Assembly (NCBI GenBank): GCA_020635675.1
Contig: JACJZJ010000004.1
Span: 271,044-335,043, forward strand
DNA from: Flavobacteriales bacterium
GTDB taxonomy: Bacteria; Bacteroidota; Bacteroidia; Flavobacteriales_F; PHOS-HE28
Direction: 5' to 3'
Length of the DNA stretch: 64,000 nucleotides
The position numbers and the translations under genes were made by a program. Below the pieces are notes generated by a model. The model was not told where the DNA came from. It saw only the letters and a list, made by a program, of their open reading frames with translations, and made no database searches. This document shows, piece by piece, positions 40,324 through 53,100 of this stretch. The first letter of the stretch is position 1. Each line of letters opens with the position of its first letter.

Positions 40324-43300
40324 TCCCCGATCGTGTCCTTCCGGCGTGTGAAAATGCTCTTGAAGCGCCGCCAGAGGTCGCGCGCATCGTCGAACTCCTC
40401 GCGGTAGGTCAGCCCCGCCCCTTGGGTCGTGGGTGCCTGGTCCACCTGGTTCAGGTTCCGATCATTGCTTTGGCTGAAGGCTTTCAACCGCAGCTTGCCA
40501 TCGTCGGTCAGCAGATACTCCAGGGCGAAATCACCGACCAGCGTATTCCCCTGTGCGCTCGATCGTGTTCCGTACTGCACACCGACGTTCGTGCTGAGCA
40601 GCAGTCGCTCATTGAAAAGCTGGGTGCTGACGGCAAGCTCGAGCTCATCCTGGGTAAGTGCATCCCCCGGACGGTAGTTCACGCCGAGGTCGACGTCGTT
40701 GCTCAATTGGCTCAGCCAGTTGCTCACCTGATTGCTCAGCAATTCGCTCCCGGTGGTACCCACCACGTTGGAACCCGTGGCTGAATTGGCATCGCCCTGA
40801 CCGAAGCGGTCCACGGGCAGGAAACGGTTCAGCACGATCAACGCGAACGCCTGTCGATCCAGCTCGTCCTTGTCGCTCAAAAGGCTGTTCACCTGCGTGC
40901 GCGTGCCTTCGTCCACGCTCGGCAGGCGGATGTCGAAGCCGATATCCGGGTTCTCCAGGCGGTCCGTCAAATGCATGAGCACCTCAACGGGAACACGTTT
41001 CGTGTAGGCGTCGGTGCGCTCGTCGGGGATGATGTCATAGAGGGGCGCTCGCAGGCGGTACACCGCGTCCAGGGCCAGCTGTGCATCGAACGGGTCGCCA
41101 TACCAGGTGATGTGTCCACCGGGTTCCACATCGAACCGTTTGTTCACCACGCGTCTCAATGTGAACAGGTACTGGCCGTCCGTCACCTCCATATCCCCCC
41201 GCATCTTGAACTCGCCGCTGGGTGTGACCTGCATCTGGATGTTTCCCCTGCCGCTCCCCGAGAGGATATCCCCGACGGTGGGATCGAAGATCAGTTCGAA
41301 CCGCGCGTCAGGTGTCACTTCCACGTTCATGTCCAGGTCGATCCCGGAGAGGTCCACAGCGGTATCGGCGGTATCGGTCCAGAGATCCCCCGCATGGAAA
41401 CGCACGAAATCGATCCCGCTCACCTCGGTACTGCTTCCCAGCGGCAAACTGATCACCGTGCCCTTGTCCGCTTTGGCGTCCAGGGTGATCTGCAGGTTGT
41501 CCGTGTATCCGCTCACCTGCAGGTCACCCGTGGCGTAGGCCTTCCCATAGTACAGCTCGTTGTCCAACCCGGTCGTGTTCATGCAGAGGAAACGGTCCAT
41601 GCCCAGCGTGATGTCGAAGTTCCAATCGGTGAACCCGTGATGGATGATCGTACCGATGGCGCTGGCCTCATGACCCTCCTCGTCGATAAGCTTGACGAAG
41701 TCGAGCGTGAACATGTCCGGAAGGATGCGGACCTCGTGCGTGAAGTGATAGAACGTGTTGAGGTAGGCGATGCGCAGACCGGCGTCCTTCAGGAAGGCGT
41801 TGCCTTCCACGAGGGGAACGGCGAAAGTGCCACCGACATGGACCTTGCCGGTGACCTGCCCCTGGATGTCGCTGATCTCCCCTGGCAGGTACGGGTCCAG
41901 AAAAGCAAGATCGAACTGGTCCAGGTCCAATTCAAGATCGAGCTGCTCCTTCTCACTGGTGGGCACGACGCGACCGCTGAAATCGAGCGCCTTCAACGTA
42001 TCGCGCAACACCTGCCCGCTCACCTGCATGGCCCTGTCGCTCCGGCTCCATTGCGCGGAGAAGCGGATGTCGCCAACAGGACGGTCGTTCACCGCCAGAC
42101 TGTCCAGACACAAGTAGCTGAAGAAATACGGTGTTCCGAACGGATCGAACAACCGACCATCACCGCTCAGACTTCCGTGTGCGGTGGGACCCGTGTAGAA
42201 AGGTCGGGCGTTCTCCAACCGGAAATCGTGGAGCTCGAAGGCGATGGCCTGAGCCGGGTCCCGGCTCAACGCGCCATCCACACGTACCTTCTGCCGGCCG
42301 TCAACGAGTTCCAGGCCCTGGATGTGCAGTGCGCTGCTGTCGAGAAGGAACGTGGCCACCTGCGGATTCCGCCAGACCCCGCGCCCGAAATAGAGCCGTG
42401 AAGGAAGCATGTCGATGGTGACCCTGTCCGGGCCGAGGACCTGCCCCTGCAGGTCGAGTTCACCACTGGTGTTGTTGGTACTGCCGGCCCAGGCCATGCG
42501 GAGCTCCAATTCGTCCTGGTAGGCCTTCCCGGTGATGTCGATCCCGGTGATGTAGGTGCTGTCCGACAGGTCCTGTCTTTTGCTGCGGAAGGAGAGCGCG
42601 AGGACGTCCAGTGTCTTGTCCAGGATCACATGTACGGAATCGCTACCCAGGCCGGCATAGCTGATATATGGCAGATCCGCCGTCAGGCCCACGTCGAACG
42701 TCCGGCTGTCGAATCGCCCTTCGAAAACAGCCCCCGGATCGAGGCGTAGGTCGGGCAAGGTGAGGTGCAGCAACGGGTCAATGTCCTTCACCCGCACATC
42801 GAACGTGAAGCGCTGGTCGTCCAGCGCATACTCGACCTGATCGCTCAGGGCGGGAAAGACACTGAAGAGCACGCTGCGCAAGGCCGTTGGAAGACGCGTG
42901 GGCAGGAAATCCCCATGCACATCGATATCGGCCAGGCCCGAGCGGAGTTGCAGCGCCTGCATTCCCTGGACCCGACCACTGGCGAGCGCCAGGTCCCCGA
43001 ACAAGTAGGTGCTATCCTCGTCGCAATACTCCAGGCCCATGATCTGGAGCGTGCCCTTCAAGCTGTCAGGGGCCAGTTCACCATCGGCCTTCATCCTGAA
43101 CGATACCTCGCCCAGGTGGGCTCGTGGCAGGAGCTTCAGTTCGTAGAGATCGGCGCGGGACACCGTGGCGGTGAAATCCACCTTCGGCCAGGTACCGCGG
43201 AGGTCCGCAAGACCATCGAACACGAGCTGCACAACCGGGTCGTCGCACTCCAGATGGCCATTGAAAAGCCTCCGCTCCAGTCGGCCGTTCAGCCGGATCC

Positions 43301-44792
43301 CCGAAACGACGTGATCATTGACGGTGAGCATCGGCACCTTACCGTCCAGGTCGGCACGCATGGATGCCAGGTCGTTCCCCTTGGCATGGAGGCGCAGGTC
43401 ACAGGCGATGGGTCCGAGCGTGGGATCCCGAAGGAGCGGTCCCGGGTCGAAGCCGTCCGTGGCCAGTTCACCTTCCAGTTCGAACACCCGACTTATCGTG
43501 TCGCGATCGAAGCTGATGTCCGCGCGAAGGATGCCCAGATCGGAACTTGCCCGCCCAAAAGCGGTAAAACTGTTGATGAAGCCCGTGAAGTTCCCGCGGA
43601 AAACGATCGGGCCCAGGGCCTCCAGTTCCGCAGGCACCTGCATGTGCTCCCCGGAGGTGAACGGAGCAATGGGTAGCGAGGCGATATCGGACCGGACCGT
43701 TGTCAGCCGATCGATGTCCAGGATGATGAACGTGTTGGCGATCACCGGCAATCCGTTCATTTCAATGGAGCCTGTGAAACGGGTCTCCCGACCATACCCG
43801 ATATCCACGTTGCGTCCCTTCAGATCGGCGACGGTCCCATGATAATCGCCCCGGACCTCCATGGTCACATCGAGTCCTTCCAACGGCGGAGCGAAAAAGG
43901 CGATGTCCCTTGAGCAGACCTTCGAGGTATCGAGCGCGAGATCGAAGTCGACCGCATCCGTGAACCGGTCGTAGTCGGACCAGTCCATCGTTCGGAAGGC
44001 AAGGTCACCACGCACCGCGCTGTTCGGTGTCACCATTTGAAGGCCGTCCACGATGATCCCACGACCGCTGACCTGCGCGTTGCCGTCCATGTGGTCCAAC
44101 ACCAGACCGCTGCGCTCCTTGAACGCGACATGGTCCAATTGTGCCCGCACCGAATCGTCGATGACCACAAGGTCCCGACCGCGAACGTCCGCATGGTGCA
44201 CGTCCACATGGTCGAAGTCCACACCGTAGGGGATCTGTCCTTCGCCGTGGTCGTCATAGCTGAAGTGGAATCGCTGGATATCGAAGGTCCTGCATTGGAT
44301 CACCCAAGGCGGGCCCGATGCGGTGGTATCCCCGCTGCCCAAAGCGGCGATCCAATCCGTGAGGTTGCTGTGTGCTGCGCCCCCCGGTCTGTCCAGACGA
44401 AAGCGGGCATCCCTCATGAACAGGGCCCCGACGGAAACATGATGGGAGCGCGGGTGGACCCTCCAGCGATCCACCTTCAACCGGCCGGCAGCGAACAGGG
44501 TGTCCCCCTGGAGATCGGTCACCAGCACACCGTCAAAACGGCTCGGACCGAACATGCCGATGCGGAGGCGGTCGACCTTGATCCGGAAGCCCAGGTCATC
44601 GGATATCGCGGACAGCACTTTTTGCGCGATCCATGTTTGGACCGAGGCGGACGGCAGGACCACCAGACCGAGCACCACAAGAATGAGCAGCAGGAAAATG
44701 GACCATCCGGCCCAGCGTAACAGGCGCTTCGTCCATCGTGCGATCCCCGGGCTGGCCAGCGTGAGCGTAGTTTTGCCGGCTGTTCCGCAACA
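40317..44792 (-). CDS. tamB: translocation/assembly module protein TamB (DUF490 C-terminal domain)
   Basis: About 1450 aa of beta-rich sequence. The conserved DUF490 C-terminus is [22 protein letters not shown]. The track start (GTG at 44678) lies inside a hydrophobic anchor. The frame stays open upstream and encodes ...[21 protein letters not shown], so I extended to an in-frame TTG. The exact start is uncertain. Confidence 0.8.
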   Translation of the reverse strand, partial: CCGTAGKTTLTLASPGIARWTKRLLRWAGWSIFLLLILVVLGLVVLPSASVQTWIAQKVLSAISDDLGFRIKVDRLRIGMFGPSRFDGVLVTDLQGDTLFAAGRLKVDRWRVHPRSHHVSVGALFMRDARFRLDRPGGAAHSNLTDWIAALGSGDTTASGPPWVIQCRTFDIQRFHFSYDDHGEGQIPYGVDFDHVDVHHADVRGRDLVVIDDSVRAQLDHVAFKERSGLVLDHMDGNAQVSGRGIIVDGLQMVTPNSAVRGDLAFRTMDWSDYDRFTDAVDFDLALDTSKVCSRDIAFFAPPLEGLDVTMEVRGDYHGTVADLKGRNVDIGYGRETRFTGSIEMNGLPVIANTFIILDIDRLTTVRSDIASLPIAPFTSGEHMQVPAELEALGPIVFRGNFTGFINSFTAFGRASSDLGILRADISFDRDTISRVFELEGELATDGFDPGPLLRDPTLGPIACDLRLHAKGNDLASMRADLDGKVPMLTVNDHVVSGIRLNGRLERRLFNGHLECDDPVVQLVFDGLADLRGTWPKVDFTATVSRADLYELKLLPRAHLGEVSFRMKADGELAPDSLKGTLQIMGLEYCDEDSTYLFGDLALASGRVQGMQALQLRSGLADIDVHGDFLPTRLPTALRSVLFSVFPALSDQVEYALDDQRFTFDVRVKDIDPLLHLTLPDLRLDPGAVFEGRFDSRTFDVGLTADLPYISYAGLGSDSVHVILDKTLDVLALSFRSKRQDLSDSTYITGIDITGKAYQDELELRMAWAGSTNNTSGELDLQGQVLGPDRVTIDMLPSRLYFGRGVWRNPQVATFLLDSSALHIQGLELVDGRQKVRVDGALSRDPAQAIAFELHDFRLENARPFYTGPTAHGSLSGDGRLFDPFGTPYFFSYLCLDSLAVNDRPVGDIRFSAQWSRSDRAMQVSGQVLRDTLKALDFSGRVVPTSEKEQLDLELDLDQFDLAFLDPYLPGEISDIQGQVTGKVHVGGTFAVPLVEGNAFLKDAGLRIAYLNTFYHFTHEVRILPDMFTLDFVKLIDEEGHEASAIGTIIHHGFTDWNFDITLGMDRFLCMNTTGLDNELYYGKAYATGDLQVSGYTDNLQITLDAKADKGTVISLPLGSSTEVSGIDFVRFHAGDLWTDTADTAVDLSGIDLDMNVEVTPDARFELIFDPTVGDILSGSGRGNIQMQVTPSGEFKMRGDMEVTDGQYLFTLRRVVNKRFDVEPGGHITWYGDPFDAQLALDAVYRLRAPLYDIIPDERTDAYTKRVPVEVLMHLTDRLENPDIGFDIRLPSVDEGTRTQVNSLLSDKDELDRQAFALIVLNRFLPVDRFGQGDANSATGSNVVGTTGSELLSNQVSNWLSQLSNDVDLGVNYRPGDALTQDELELAVSTQLFNERLLLSTNVGVQYGTRSSAQGNTLVGDFALEYLLTDDGKLRLKAFSQSNDRNLNQVDQAPTTQGAGLTYREEFDDARDLWRRFKSIFTRRKDTIGDQ

Positions 44793-44803
44793 ACCAGGCC
44801 TGG

Positions 44804-45853
44804 ATGGCGAAATTAGCCGCTGACCTCGAGCGGGGATCCACCCCGGAAGTGGTGCTCGGTATCGAGAGCTCCTGCGACGATACCGCTGCGGCCGTGCTGG
44901 TGGACGGCCATGTGCGTGCGAACGTGGTCGCAGGGCAGGAAGTGCACCGCCGTTGGGGCGGGGTGGTACCGGAGCTGGCCAGCCGTGCCCATCAGGAGAA
45001 TCTTGTGCCCGTCGTGCACGAAGCGATGCGCCTCGCGAACATCGGCCCTTCCGACCTGACGGCCGTGGCGTTCACCCAAGGGCCGGGCCTGATCGGCGCC
45101 CTTCTCGTGGGGGCCTGTTTCGCCCGTTCCCTGGCCCAGGCGCTGTCCGTCCCTCTGATCGCCGTGGACCACCTTCAGGCCCATGTTCTGGCCCATTTCA
45201 TTCCGGGCCAGGGTAAGTCCCCGGAACTTCCCTTCCTGAACCTGACCGTGAGCGGCGGGCATACCCGCTTGGTCCTTGTCCGGTCCGCGTTGGATATGCA
45301 GGTCATCGGTACTACCAGGGACGATGCGGCGGGAGAGGCCTTTGACAAGGGGGCGAAGCTCCTCGGACTGGATTATCCAGGCGGACCGCTGATCGACCGA
45401 TGGGCAAGGGAGGGGGATCCGAAGAGATATGCACTTCCGACCCCGCGCATGGATGGGCTGGACATGAGCTTCAGCGGGGTGAAGACCGCTTTCCGCGACC
45501 TGGTCCAAAGCGTGTCCGGGGGTGACCCGGAGCGCCTGAACGAGGAGCGTGCGCACCTCGCGGCCACTTTGCAGAACACGATCGTGAAGATCCTTGTTGA
45601 GCGTACCAAGGAAGCCGTGGAACGCACGGGGTGCACCCGGGTCGGTGTGTCGGGAGGTGTATCGGTGAACAGTGCGCTGCGCTCGGAAATGCTGCGCGCA
45701 GCGGATACCGGAGAGTGGAGCGTTCACTTCCCAAGACCGGAATACTGCACCGACAACGCGGCCATGATCGCCACCGCCGGCCGCTTTCTACTGCATGCGG
45801 GTATCGTGGCCCCGCTCGATGTGGTGCCTCATGCGCGCCCACCGAAAGTGTGA
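44804..45853 (+). CDS. tsaD: tRNA N6-adenosine threonylcarbamoyltransferase TsaD
   Basis: LGIESSCDDTA, the HLQAH.L motif and the Kae1/Gcp fold. The real start may be the GTG near 44849 (VVLGIESS), which would leave room for the divergent tamB promoter. Confidence 0.88.
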   Translation: MAKLAADLERGSTPEVVLGIESSCDDTAAAVLVDGHVRANVVAGQEVHRRWGGVVPELASRAHQENLVPVVHEAMRLANIGPSDLTAVAFTQGPGLIGALLVGACFARSLAQALSVPLIAVDHLQAHVLAHFIPGQGKSPELPFLNLTVSGGHTRLVLVRSALDMQVIGTTRDDAAGEAFDKGAKLLGLDYPGGPLIDRWAREGDPKRYALPTPRMDGLDMSFSGVKTAFRDLVQSVSGGDPERLNEERAHLAATLQNTIVKILVERTKEAVERTGCTRVGVSGGVSVNSALRSEMLRAADTGEWSVHFPRPEYCTDNAAMIATAGRFLLHAGIVAPLDVVPHARPPKV

Positions 45854-45860
45854 ACGGAAC

Positions 45861-46859
45861 ATGGCACGCGACCCTTCGCCTATTTTTGGCCCGATGTGGA
45901 ACCTGCGGCACGTCCTGCTTCTTTGTTCTGTACTCCCAGCCTTGTCCGGTCAAGGACAGGATCCCGCATCGCTCCTGTCCACGGGTGACAGCCTGATCAG
46001 GACCGGCCACTACCAAAAGGCACTGGACGCGTTCGACGAGGCGGTGAAGGTGGCCCCGAGCGCCGCTACCTATTCGGCCCGGGCCAGAGCCTATTTCGCC
46101 ATGGACCGGATCGACCGGTTCGTATCCGATGTGCAGCGTGCCATCGCCTTGGACAGCATGTACGCCGAGGCGAACTACCAACGAGCTCTCTACGCCTATC
46201 AGGGCGAGGACTTCCCCTCTGCGGAACGATATGCCACCCGTGGGCTCGAAAATGCGGAGGATGCGGCACTGCGCACTCAATTGCTCCTGCTACGCGGGCA
46301 GACGCGCGCCGAGCTGCATTCCGGCATATCAGCGGCGGAGGACCTCAGGGAAGGCCTCAAGGCACGGCCGGACGACATCGAAGCCAACGCCACACTGGCA
46401 CGGGTCTTGGACGAGATGCACGATCATGAGGGCGCACTACCGGTGCTGGCCCATCTGTGCGAACTGGAGCCGGAGAACGTCGGGCATTGGACCAATCGCG
46501 GGTTCGAGCTGGCGGCATTGGATCGCCATGAGGACGCACTGGCGATGTATGCGAAGGCCCTGGATATCGACAAGGACGAACCCGTCGCATTGAGCGATCG
46601 CGCATATTCCCTTCTCAAGCTCGGGCGCGAGGACGAGGCTATGAAGGACGTGGAGAAGAGCCTGCGCTACTATCCGGCGAATGCGTTCGCCCTGCGCACA
46701 CGGGCCCTGCTGCGGTTGCGCAAAGGAGATCGTGACAAGGCCTGCTCCGACCTATCCCTCGCCCGTATCCTGGGTGGAGTGGACGACGTTGATGCCCTGA
46801 TCCAGGAGCATTGCAACAACCTGCCCAGGGAGCGCCGCCAGGAACCTAGTCGACGATGA
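45861..46859 (+). CDS. secreted tetratricopeptide-repeat protein
   Basis: Signal peptide followed by several TPR units (AYFAMDRIDRFVSDVQRAIALD and others). Confidence 0.7.
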   Translation: MARDPSPIFGPMWNLRHVLLLCSVLPALSGQGQDPASLLSTGDSLIRTGHYQKALDAFDEAVKVAPSAATYSARARAYFAMDRIDRFVSDVQRAIALDSMYAEANYQRALYAYQGEDFPSAERYATRGLENAEDAALRTQLLLLRGQTRAELHSGISAAEDLREGLKARPDDIEANATLARVLDEMHDHEGALPVLAHLCELEPENVGHWTNRGFELAALDRHEDALAMYAKALDIDKDEPVALSDRAYSLLKLGREDEAMKDVEKSLRYYPANAFALRTRALLRLRKGDRDKACSDLSLARILGGVDDVDALIQEHCNNLPRERRQEPSRR

Positions 46860-49209
46860 ACGTCGTGACGGAATCGCCTCCGTTCAGGTCGGTGAAATGC
46901 AGCAGGTAGGTCCCGGCCACAAGACCGGTGATCAGCCGGACCTCCTGAGCGGCCCGGACCGCATGGGCATATAGTTCCCGCCCGGCAAGATCAAGGACCG
47001 CAAGCTCCCCGGAGGCGGCTCCGGAAAAGCGGACCGTGAAGGTACCGTCGTTGGGTACCGGCGCGATCAGCGGCCCCGCCTCCATGATGTGCCCATGGAC
47101 CGCCACGGGCGACCCGACCACTGCGAGATCGTCCAAAGCCCCTTCGACCACATGGCCTGGGGAGTCGTCAGCAGCCTCCGCGATCAGCCGCATGGTGTTC
47201 GTGGGGGGTAGATGATCGCTGATCAGGATCGATACGCTCTGCCAGGTGGACATCCCGGGTGTGTTCGGATCGACATGGTCCACCAACACCGTGTCCGTGC
47301 CGTTCGTGAGGGAGATATCCAAGCGGTCGTTGGGCATTCCATTCCCACCGCCATCGAAGAACCATCGCTGATATTCCACGCGGGGAGCCACGAGACCGGA
47401 AACATCGAAGACCGGGGAGATCAGGATGGTGCTGCCATTGTCCACATCGTCGTCACCGGCCTGGCCGCCCCCGTTTCCGGTGACATAGGCCTCCTCACCG
47501 CAGTCTCCGGCGACATCCTCGTCGGGGTTGCTCGGCGACCCGTTGAGGAACGTGCCAACAGGCACTCCCCTTTCCCATGCTCCCGTGCTGGCGGTGCTGG
47601 CGATCTGCCATCCCAGATCGAAACTGAAATCGTCCATGTAGCCGGGATCCACGTTGATCGTCAAGGGAGGTGTGTTCTGGTCGATCGATGCCCCTGAAGT
47701 GCAGTAGGTATGCCATCCCCATTGTCCTGCGCTGATGGTATAGGTGTCGGCGTACAGCGCCGGCCATTGGAAAACGCCGTTGGCATCCGCCACGGTCTGA
47801 AAAGAATAGTCCGCGCTCTCCATCGCCAATTGCGCGAACGGCACGGGAGCATTGGTCCCGGTCTCAAGCACCTGGCCCGACCAAGCGAACGGAGTGAGCG
47901 GCACCAGGGCGACATCCAATTGTGCGACCACACCGTTCTGGAGGGAGACCCCGGCTATCGCCTGGTCCTCATAGCCGGGGGCTGAAACGAGCACGTCGTA
48001 GAAACCGGCCTGATGATAGCCCGTGGCATAGTGACCATCGAGGCCGCTTTGGGTATCCGCGGCCACGCCGGAAAGCGTGATCTGCGCCTGGGATACCGGC
48101 ATCGTGGTGGATTGGTCCGTGATGGTACCCTCCAACCAGCAGGCATGAACATAGGTCGGCTGCAGCACGAAAAGGCCACCCTCGATGTCCGAGGAGATGA
48201 TCAGTCCGCTCGGCAGGTAAGGGTAGGTGCCCCAGGCGCCATTGAACCCATTGCCCGAGAAGGGTGAATGATCATAGTGGGCCACTTCGATCACGTTGGC
48301 TGGGCGCGTAGCATCATGCACCACCGTGCCGTACCTGTAGTAGCTGGTCACCAGGAATCCATCGATGTAGAAGGTATTGTGCGGGATGGTGCCCGACCCC
48401 GGATCACAGATGGTCTCGTCAAGCTCTTGTATGTCGCCCGGGTCACTGATATCGTAGCTGCCGATCTTCCCGTTGCTCACCTCGTCCGTCGTGAACAGAT
48501 ACTGGTCATCGTCCGAGGGCCAACAGTTGTGCGTGAAGTTGTCCGCGGTGTTCCGTGTACCCATGATCACGGGAGCTTGCTTGTCGCTCACGTTCACGAT
48601 AGAGAAAAAACCTTCGTAGACATGCGAGGCGTAGAGGGTATCACCGCGCACCATGCCATCGTGGATGTACCAGGTGTCGAACTCCCCGATCTCCACCGGT
48701 GCGTCCGGATCAGGGTTGAGGTCAAGGAAGATCGCACCTCCGTTGCCTCTGTTGGCGCCAAAGATGTAGGCGATGCCGTTCTCATCGATGTAGATATCAT
48801 GTGCGGAGGTCCAACCGCTGCCCTGCCAGTTGTGCGCCGGCAGGTTGTTGCTCTGCGGCAGCGGTCCAAGGTCGATGATCGCCAGACCACCACCGCCCTC
48901 CGTGGTGATGTACGCATGGTCGTTCCAGACCTTGATATCGCGCCATATGCTGCTGACACCCGGATAGTAGAAGACCTCCTGTGGGTCACTGGGATCGGCG
49001 AGGCTCACCACGGAAACGCCCCCATCGTCAACCCCGACAAGGGCATATTCGTTCCCATCCTCGTCCACATAGCCCCAGATGTCGCTGACGTCGCTGTTGT
49101 GCAACGCCTGATAGTCCAGGTGGCCCACCAGGGCCATGTTGACCTGTGCCGTGAGCGGCAGGACCGATAGCGTGAACAGGACCGCAAGGAACCTGAGGGA
49201 TGATCGCAT
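46846..49209 (-). CDS. choice-of-anchor-B / LVIVD-repeat beta-propeller protein with T9SS (type A) C-terminal sorting domain
   Basis: Signal peptide. LVIVD-type blades (DHAYITTEGGGGLAIIDL and further blades). The C-terminal GTYLLHFTDLNGGDSVTTFIVD matches a Por-secretion CTD. Confidence 0.8.
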   Translation of the reverse strand: MRSSLRFLAVLFTLSVLPLTAQVNMALVGHLDYQALHNSDVSDIWGYVDEDGNEYALVGVDDGGVSVVSLADPSDPQEVFYYPGVSSIWRDIKVWNDHAYITTEGGGGLAIIDLGPLPQSNNLPAHNWQGSGWTSAHDIYIDENGIAYIFGANRGNGGAIFLDLNPDPDAPVEIGEFDTWYIHDGMVRGDTLYASHVYEGFFSIVNVSDKQAPVIMGTRNTADNFTHNCWPSDDDQYLFTTDEVSNGKIGSYDISDPGDIQELDETICDPGSGTIPHNTFYIDGFLVTSYYRYGTVVHDATRPANVIEVAHYDHSPFSGNGFNGAWGTYPYLPSGLIISSDIEGGLFVLQPTYVHACWLEGTITDQSTTMPVSQAQITLSGVAADTQSGLDGHYATGYHQAGFYDVLVSAPGYEDQAIAGVSLQNGVVAQLDVALVPLTPFAWSGQVLETGTNAPVPFAQLAMESADYSFQTVADANGVFQWPALYADTYTISAGQWGWHTYCTSGASIDQNTPPLTINVDPGYMDDFSFDLGWQIASTASTGAWERGVPVGTFLNGSPSNPDEDVAGDCGEEAYVTGNGGGQAGDDDVDNGSTILISPVFDVSGLVAPRVEYQRWFFDGGGNGMPNDRLDISLTNGTDTVLVDHVDPNTPGMSTWQSVSILISDHLPPTNTMRLIAEAADDSPGHVVEGALDDLAVVGSPVAVHGHIMEAGPLIAPVPNDGTFTVRFSGAASGELAVLDLAGRELYAHAVRAAQEVRLITGLVAGTYLLHFTDLNGGDSVTTFIVD

Positions 49210-49354
49210 GGTCGTAAGGAATGGGAAAGCGCAAAGTAGCTGCTCACGGCCTCATCCGCCAAACCGTGCTCGTCACATCTCCCATGCAGGATCGGAGCCC
49301 CAAGGAAGATCTTCGCCGGGCACGAACAGTGGATCGCCTAATTTTCCGCCGAAC

Positions 49355-50143
49355 ATGAAGGATATCCTCTGTCCCACGGACCTTTCCGAGCTTGGTTCGA
49401 TCGCGCTGGACCATGCCGTGCACATCGCCGCCGCGTTGCAGGCCTCCATCACGCTCCTGCATGTGGCGGGACCTTCCGAACAGCAAGGTGAGGCCGCCGC
49501 ACATGTCGAACAGGTGCTCGAAAATGAAATGGCGCGCGTGAAGGACACGGTCCCCATCAAGCACATGGTGGTCAACGGGCAGGCCTTGCCCGCGATCGCC
49601 CATGAAGCGGCGCATGGTCATGCGCTTATGGTCGCGGGGACGCACGGGCCACGCGGATTGCGTCAAAAACTTTTCGGCGCGGACATCCTGGACCTCGTGC
49701 AACATGCCGGAATTCCCTCCCTGGTGGTGCAGAAGGATTCGCCCGTGCGGAACTTCGATCGGATCGTGATGCCCGTCGCTGGACATGCGGACATCCATGC
49801 GCTGGTGGATGCCGTGGTCGATCTGGCAACGGCCTTCGACGCCGAAGTGGAGATCTATCAGGTCGACCGGCCGGGCGAAGCACCGAGCGAACATCTGCTC
49901 GCGAACAAGGCCCGGATGCGCGAGCGGCTCACAACCGCCGGCGTACGTCACAAGGAGGTGAGCGAAGAGCCCACGGTCTACTCGATCGGTTTCGCTCAGC
50001 AGACCATTGCGCACGCACAGAAGGTCGGTGCGGGGCTCATCGCCATCATGGCCCATGCGTCGGAGGAGTACCGCTATATCGCACAAGCCGAAAAGGAGCG
50101 CATGCTCATGAACGAGGCGCTGATACCCGTGCTCTGCTGCTGA
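49355..50143 (+). CDS. universal stress protein (tandem UspA domains)
   Basis: MKDILCPTDLSE...LLHV and a second Usp-like half. The track ORF has a 73-aa spurious N-terminal extension. Confidence 0.75.
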   Translation: MKDILCPTDLSELGSIALDHAVHIAAALQASITLLHVAGPSEQQGEAAAHVEQVLENEMARVKDTVPIKHMVVNGQALPAIAHEAAHGHALMVAGTHGPRGLRQKLFGADILDLVQHAGIPSLVVQKDSPVRNFDRIVMPVAGHADIHALVDAVVDLATAFDAEVEIYQVDRPGEAPSEHLLANKARMRERLTTAGVRHKEVSEEPTVYSIGFAQQTIAHAQKVGAGLIAIMAHASEEYRYIAQAEKERMLMNEALIPVLCC

Positions 50144-50180
50144 TCGGGGACCGAGTACCTTTGCGGTCCGATCCCGGCAA

Positions 50181-53100
50181 ATGCGGTCCTTCCCTCTTCT
50201 CATCGCTTCCGTTGCACCCCTGTTCTGCGCAGCACAATTCGGGCTGTACAGCCCCTTGGACCATGCGGAACTGAAGGAGGTGAAGGCCATCGATCTGGAC
50301 CAGGATGGTCTTCAGGATGTGCTCGGGTCCCGGAACGACACCCTGGTCTGGTACCGGAACATGGGTCTTGGAACATTCTCCGCAGCGATCATGGTGCATC
50401 CCGGACAGGGCCCGATGGCGATGGACGCGGCCGACCTCGACGGCGATCTGGATATCGATATTGCTTTCGCCCAGGATGGTGACACCACCGTCTACTGGAT
50501 CGAGAACACCGACGGGACCGGAACCTTCGGCATGCCGCTTCCGATCGATACGCTACCTGCCGTGCAGGATCCGCCGGCGTTCATCGACCTGCGTTGCGCG
50601 GACATCACCGGGGATGGCACGGCCGACATCCTACTGATACACCCCGCCTTTCCAAGCTTCATCTGGTATGCGTCCGACAATGGTGCTTTCGGGCCGCGTC
50701 AAGTGGCTCCGGGCATCCAGGGCGGTCCGGTCAGCCGGTCGCTTGCCATCGGCGATATCGACGGGAACGGGTCCAACGATGTGCTGCTCAACAATGTGAA
50801 CGACCTCGTGGTGGCCGGCCTGAACTTCGCGGGCAACGCCACGACCTGGATCCCCGACACGCTCTTTTCCGGTCCGATCACGCCGGAATTCGCACCCGAC
50901 CTGATGGATATCGATGGGGACAGCGACACCGACATCGGCCTTTGCGGATTCGCGGAGGTGGCCTGGGCACCGAACAGCAGCAATGGTGTCGATCCTTTCC
51001 CGGAGTTCGACCGGACCGTTATCGCCGAAATTCCCCGCGCCGGTGCGGGGCGATTCGGCCACCTTGGTTGCGGCCCAACGGCTTTCGCCGTGTTCTTTCC
51101 CACACAGGACACGCTACCGACGCTCTGGAGCCGTTACGACACCGCGTTCGGCGGGATGACCCCTCCGCTGCCGCTGGAGGGCGTGGTGAAAGGTGTGGGG
51201 CTGGTGATAGCGGACCTGGACGGCGATGGGCGTGAGGACCTTCTCGTGGCGTACACGGATTCGATCGGCTGGTATGCCGGTGGATCGAGCAATGTGGTGC
51301 CGTCGACCGTGATCGGTTTCGCACCGTTCGATACACTTTGCCAGTTCGGTGGCAGCTACCCGCTGGTGGGTGCGACCCCCGCGGGTGGTCATTGGAGCGG
51401 GACCGCTGTGGAGAACGATCATTTCGTGGCATCCGGGCAGTTCGAAGGCACCTACCACCCGGCCTATGCCGTTCAGGATACTTCCGGATGTCCCATTGCT
51501 GGATCGCAGCCCCTGGAACTCATCGACCATCCGGAAGTGAGCGGACCTTCGGGCTATTCCCTGACCTGTCCGGACGGCCCCCTTCCCTTTACCGCCCAAC
51601 CTGTCGGTGGGATCTGGGACGGAGTGGCCAATGCATCAGGCGTGGTGGACGCGGACGCCCAACCACGTCCGTGGGGCGGGCCGTTGGTCTATCTCTTCAC
51701 CGACGTGACCGGTGCCACCTGCGTCTCCTTCGGGCCGTTCTTCAGTTTCCTACCCAAAGCTTCCGTCGGTCTCACGTCCGACAGCACCTACTGCTCCAAC
51801 CTCGGCGTTCAGGAGATCCACGCCATGGGGCCGTCCAATGGAAGCGTCACGCTTACAGGGCCTTTGGACAGCCTCGCTTACCCCCTCCCTTCACAGGTGG
51901 TCGGCTATTTCAACACGGCCCTGCCGCCGGGCCTTTACACCTTCGGAGCGTTCGCCACGGGTCCGGGGCGTTGCCCGGACAGTCTCTTCACCACGGTGGA
52001 GGTACTGCAGGCACCCACGGTGGTGGGGATGTCTTTCGATACGCTCTGCGCCGCTTCCGGACCGTACCCGCTCAGTGGCCTGGTGATGCCGGCGGGCGGG
52101 ATCTGGACCGGTTCCGGGATCGTCAACGATCAGTTCGATGTCGACAGCACGGAAGCCGGCGCCTATCCCCTGAGCTACCTGTTCGTTGCGCCGAACGGTT
52201 GCCGGGATTCCTTGGTCCAGATCATGGTGGCCATCGATGGGCCCGGCATCGAAGGCCCTGCTGACAGCAGTTGGTTCTGCTCGGCGGAAGGCCCCATCAC
52301 CTGGTCATCGAGCCCCTCCGGTTGCGGGTGGTCCTCTCCATTGGATACGCTCCAGGGCACGCTGGACCCCGGTATGCTCGGCACACTTCCCTTCGATGGA
52401 CAGGTGACCGCGACGTACATCGATGCGACCGGCGGGTCATGTGCGACCGTCGGCCCGACCTTCCATGTGCGCGCCTCCACACCCGTGAACATCTTTTCTC
52501 CGGCCCCGTTCTGCGTGACCGACACCATCGGTGATATCTCAGGAACGGGCGGCACCTGGGGAGGGGCGGCGAGCGGCGATGGAACAACAGCCACAGTGTA
52601 TCCAGAGCAACTCGGCATCGGATCGTTCTGGACCACCCTGACGGACAGCCTACCGGGCTACTGCCGAGGGACCGACTCGGTGTTGGTGGCCGTTTTCGGA
52701 CCGCCTGCGACCACCCTGGACCTGGGGACGGACACCCTGTTCACGACCAGCCCGCCCCTCAACTTGTCCGGCGGATCACCAGGAGGAGGACAGTACCTGT
52801 TCAATGATACCCTTCTGGCCGTTTTCGATCCGGCATTCTGGGGAGTGGGCACCTACCCCATCACGTACCTGGTGGACGGAACGCCCTGCGACGGGTCATC
52901 GACCGATACGTTGGTGGTCTTGCTACCCACGGCCATGCAGGCCCCCTCTCTCCAACCCCTGCAGGTTCGACCCAATCCCGCGTCCGACGCCCTATGGGTC
53001 GTGGGACCCCAAGGAACGGGTTGGGCGATCGAATTGGTCGATGCCCTCGGCCGTGTGCTGTTGTCGCAGGAGGGTGGGAACCTGCCGACACGGATCGCCC

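Noticed and set aside
40971-43676. 476-aa and 303-aa plus-strand ORFs
   Set aside because: Antisense to tamB.
44596-44841. 81-aa minus ORF in the tamB/tsaD divergent region
   Set aside because: It is in a different frame from the TamB N-terminal anchor, which is the meaningful reading. It overlaps the tsaD start.
48268-50290. 300-aa plus and 348-aa minus ORFs
   Set aside because: Antisense to the choice-of-anchor-B gene and the usp gene respectively.
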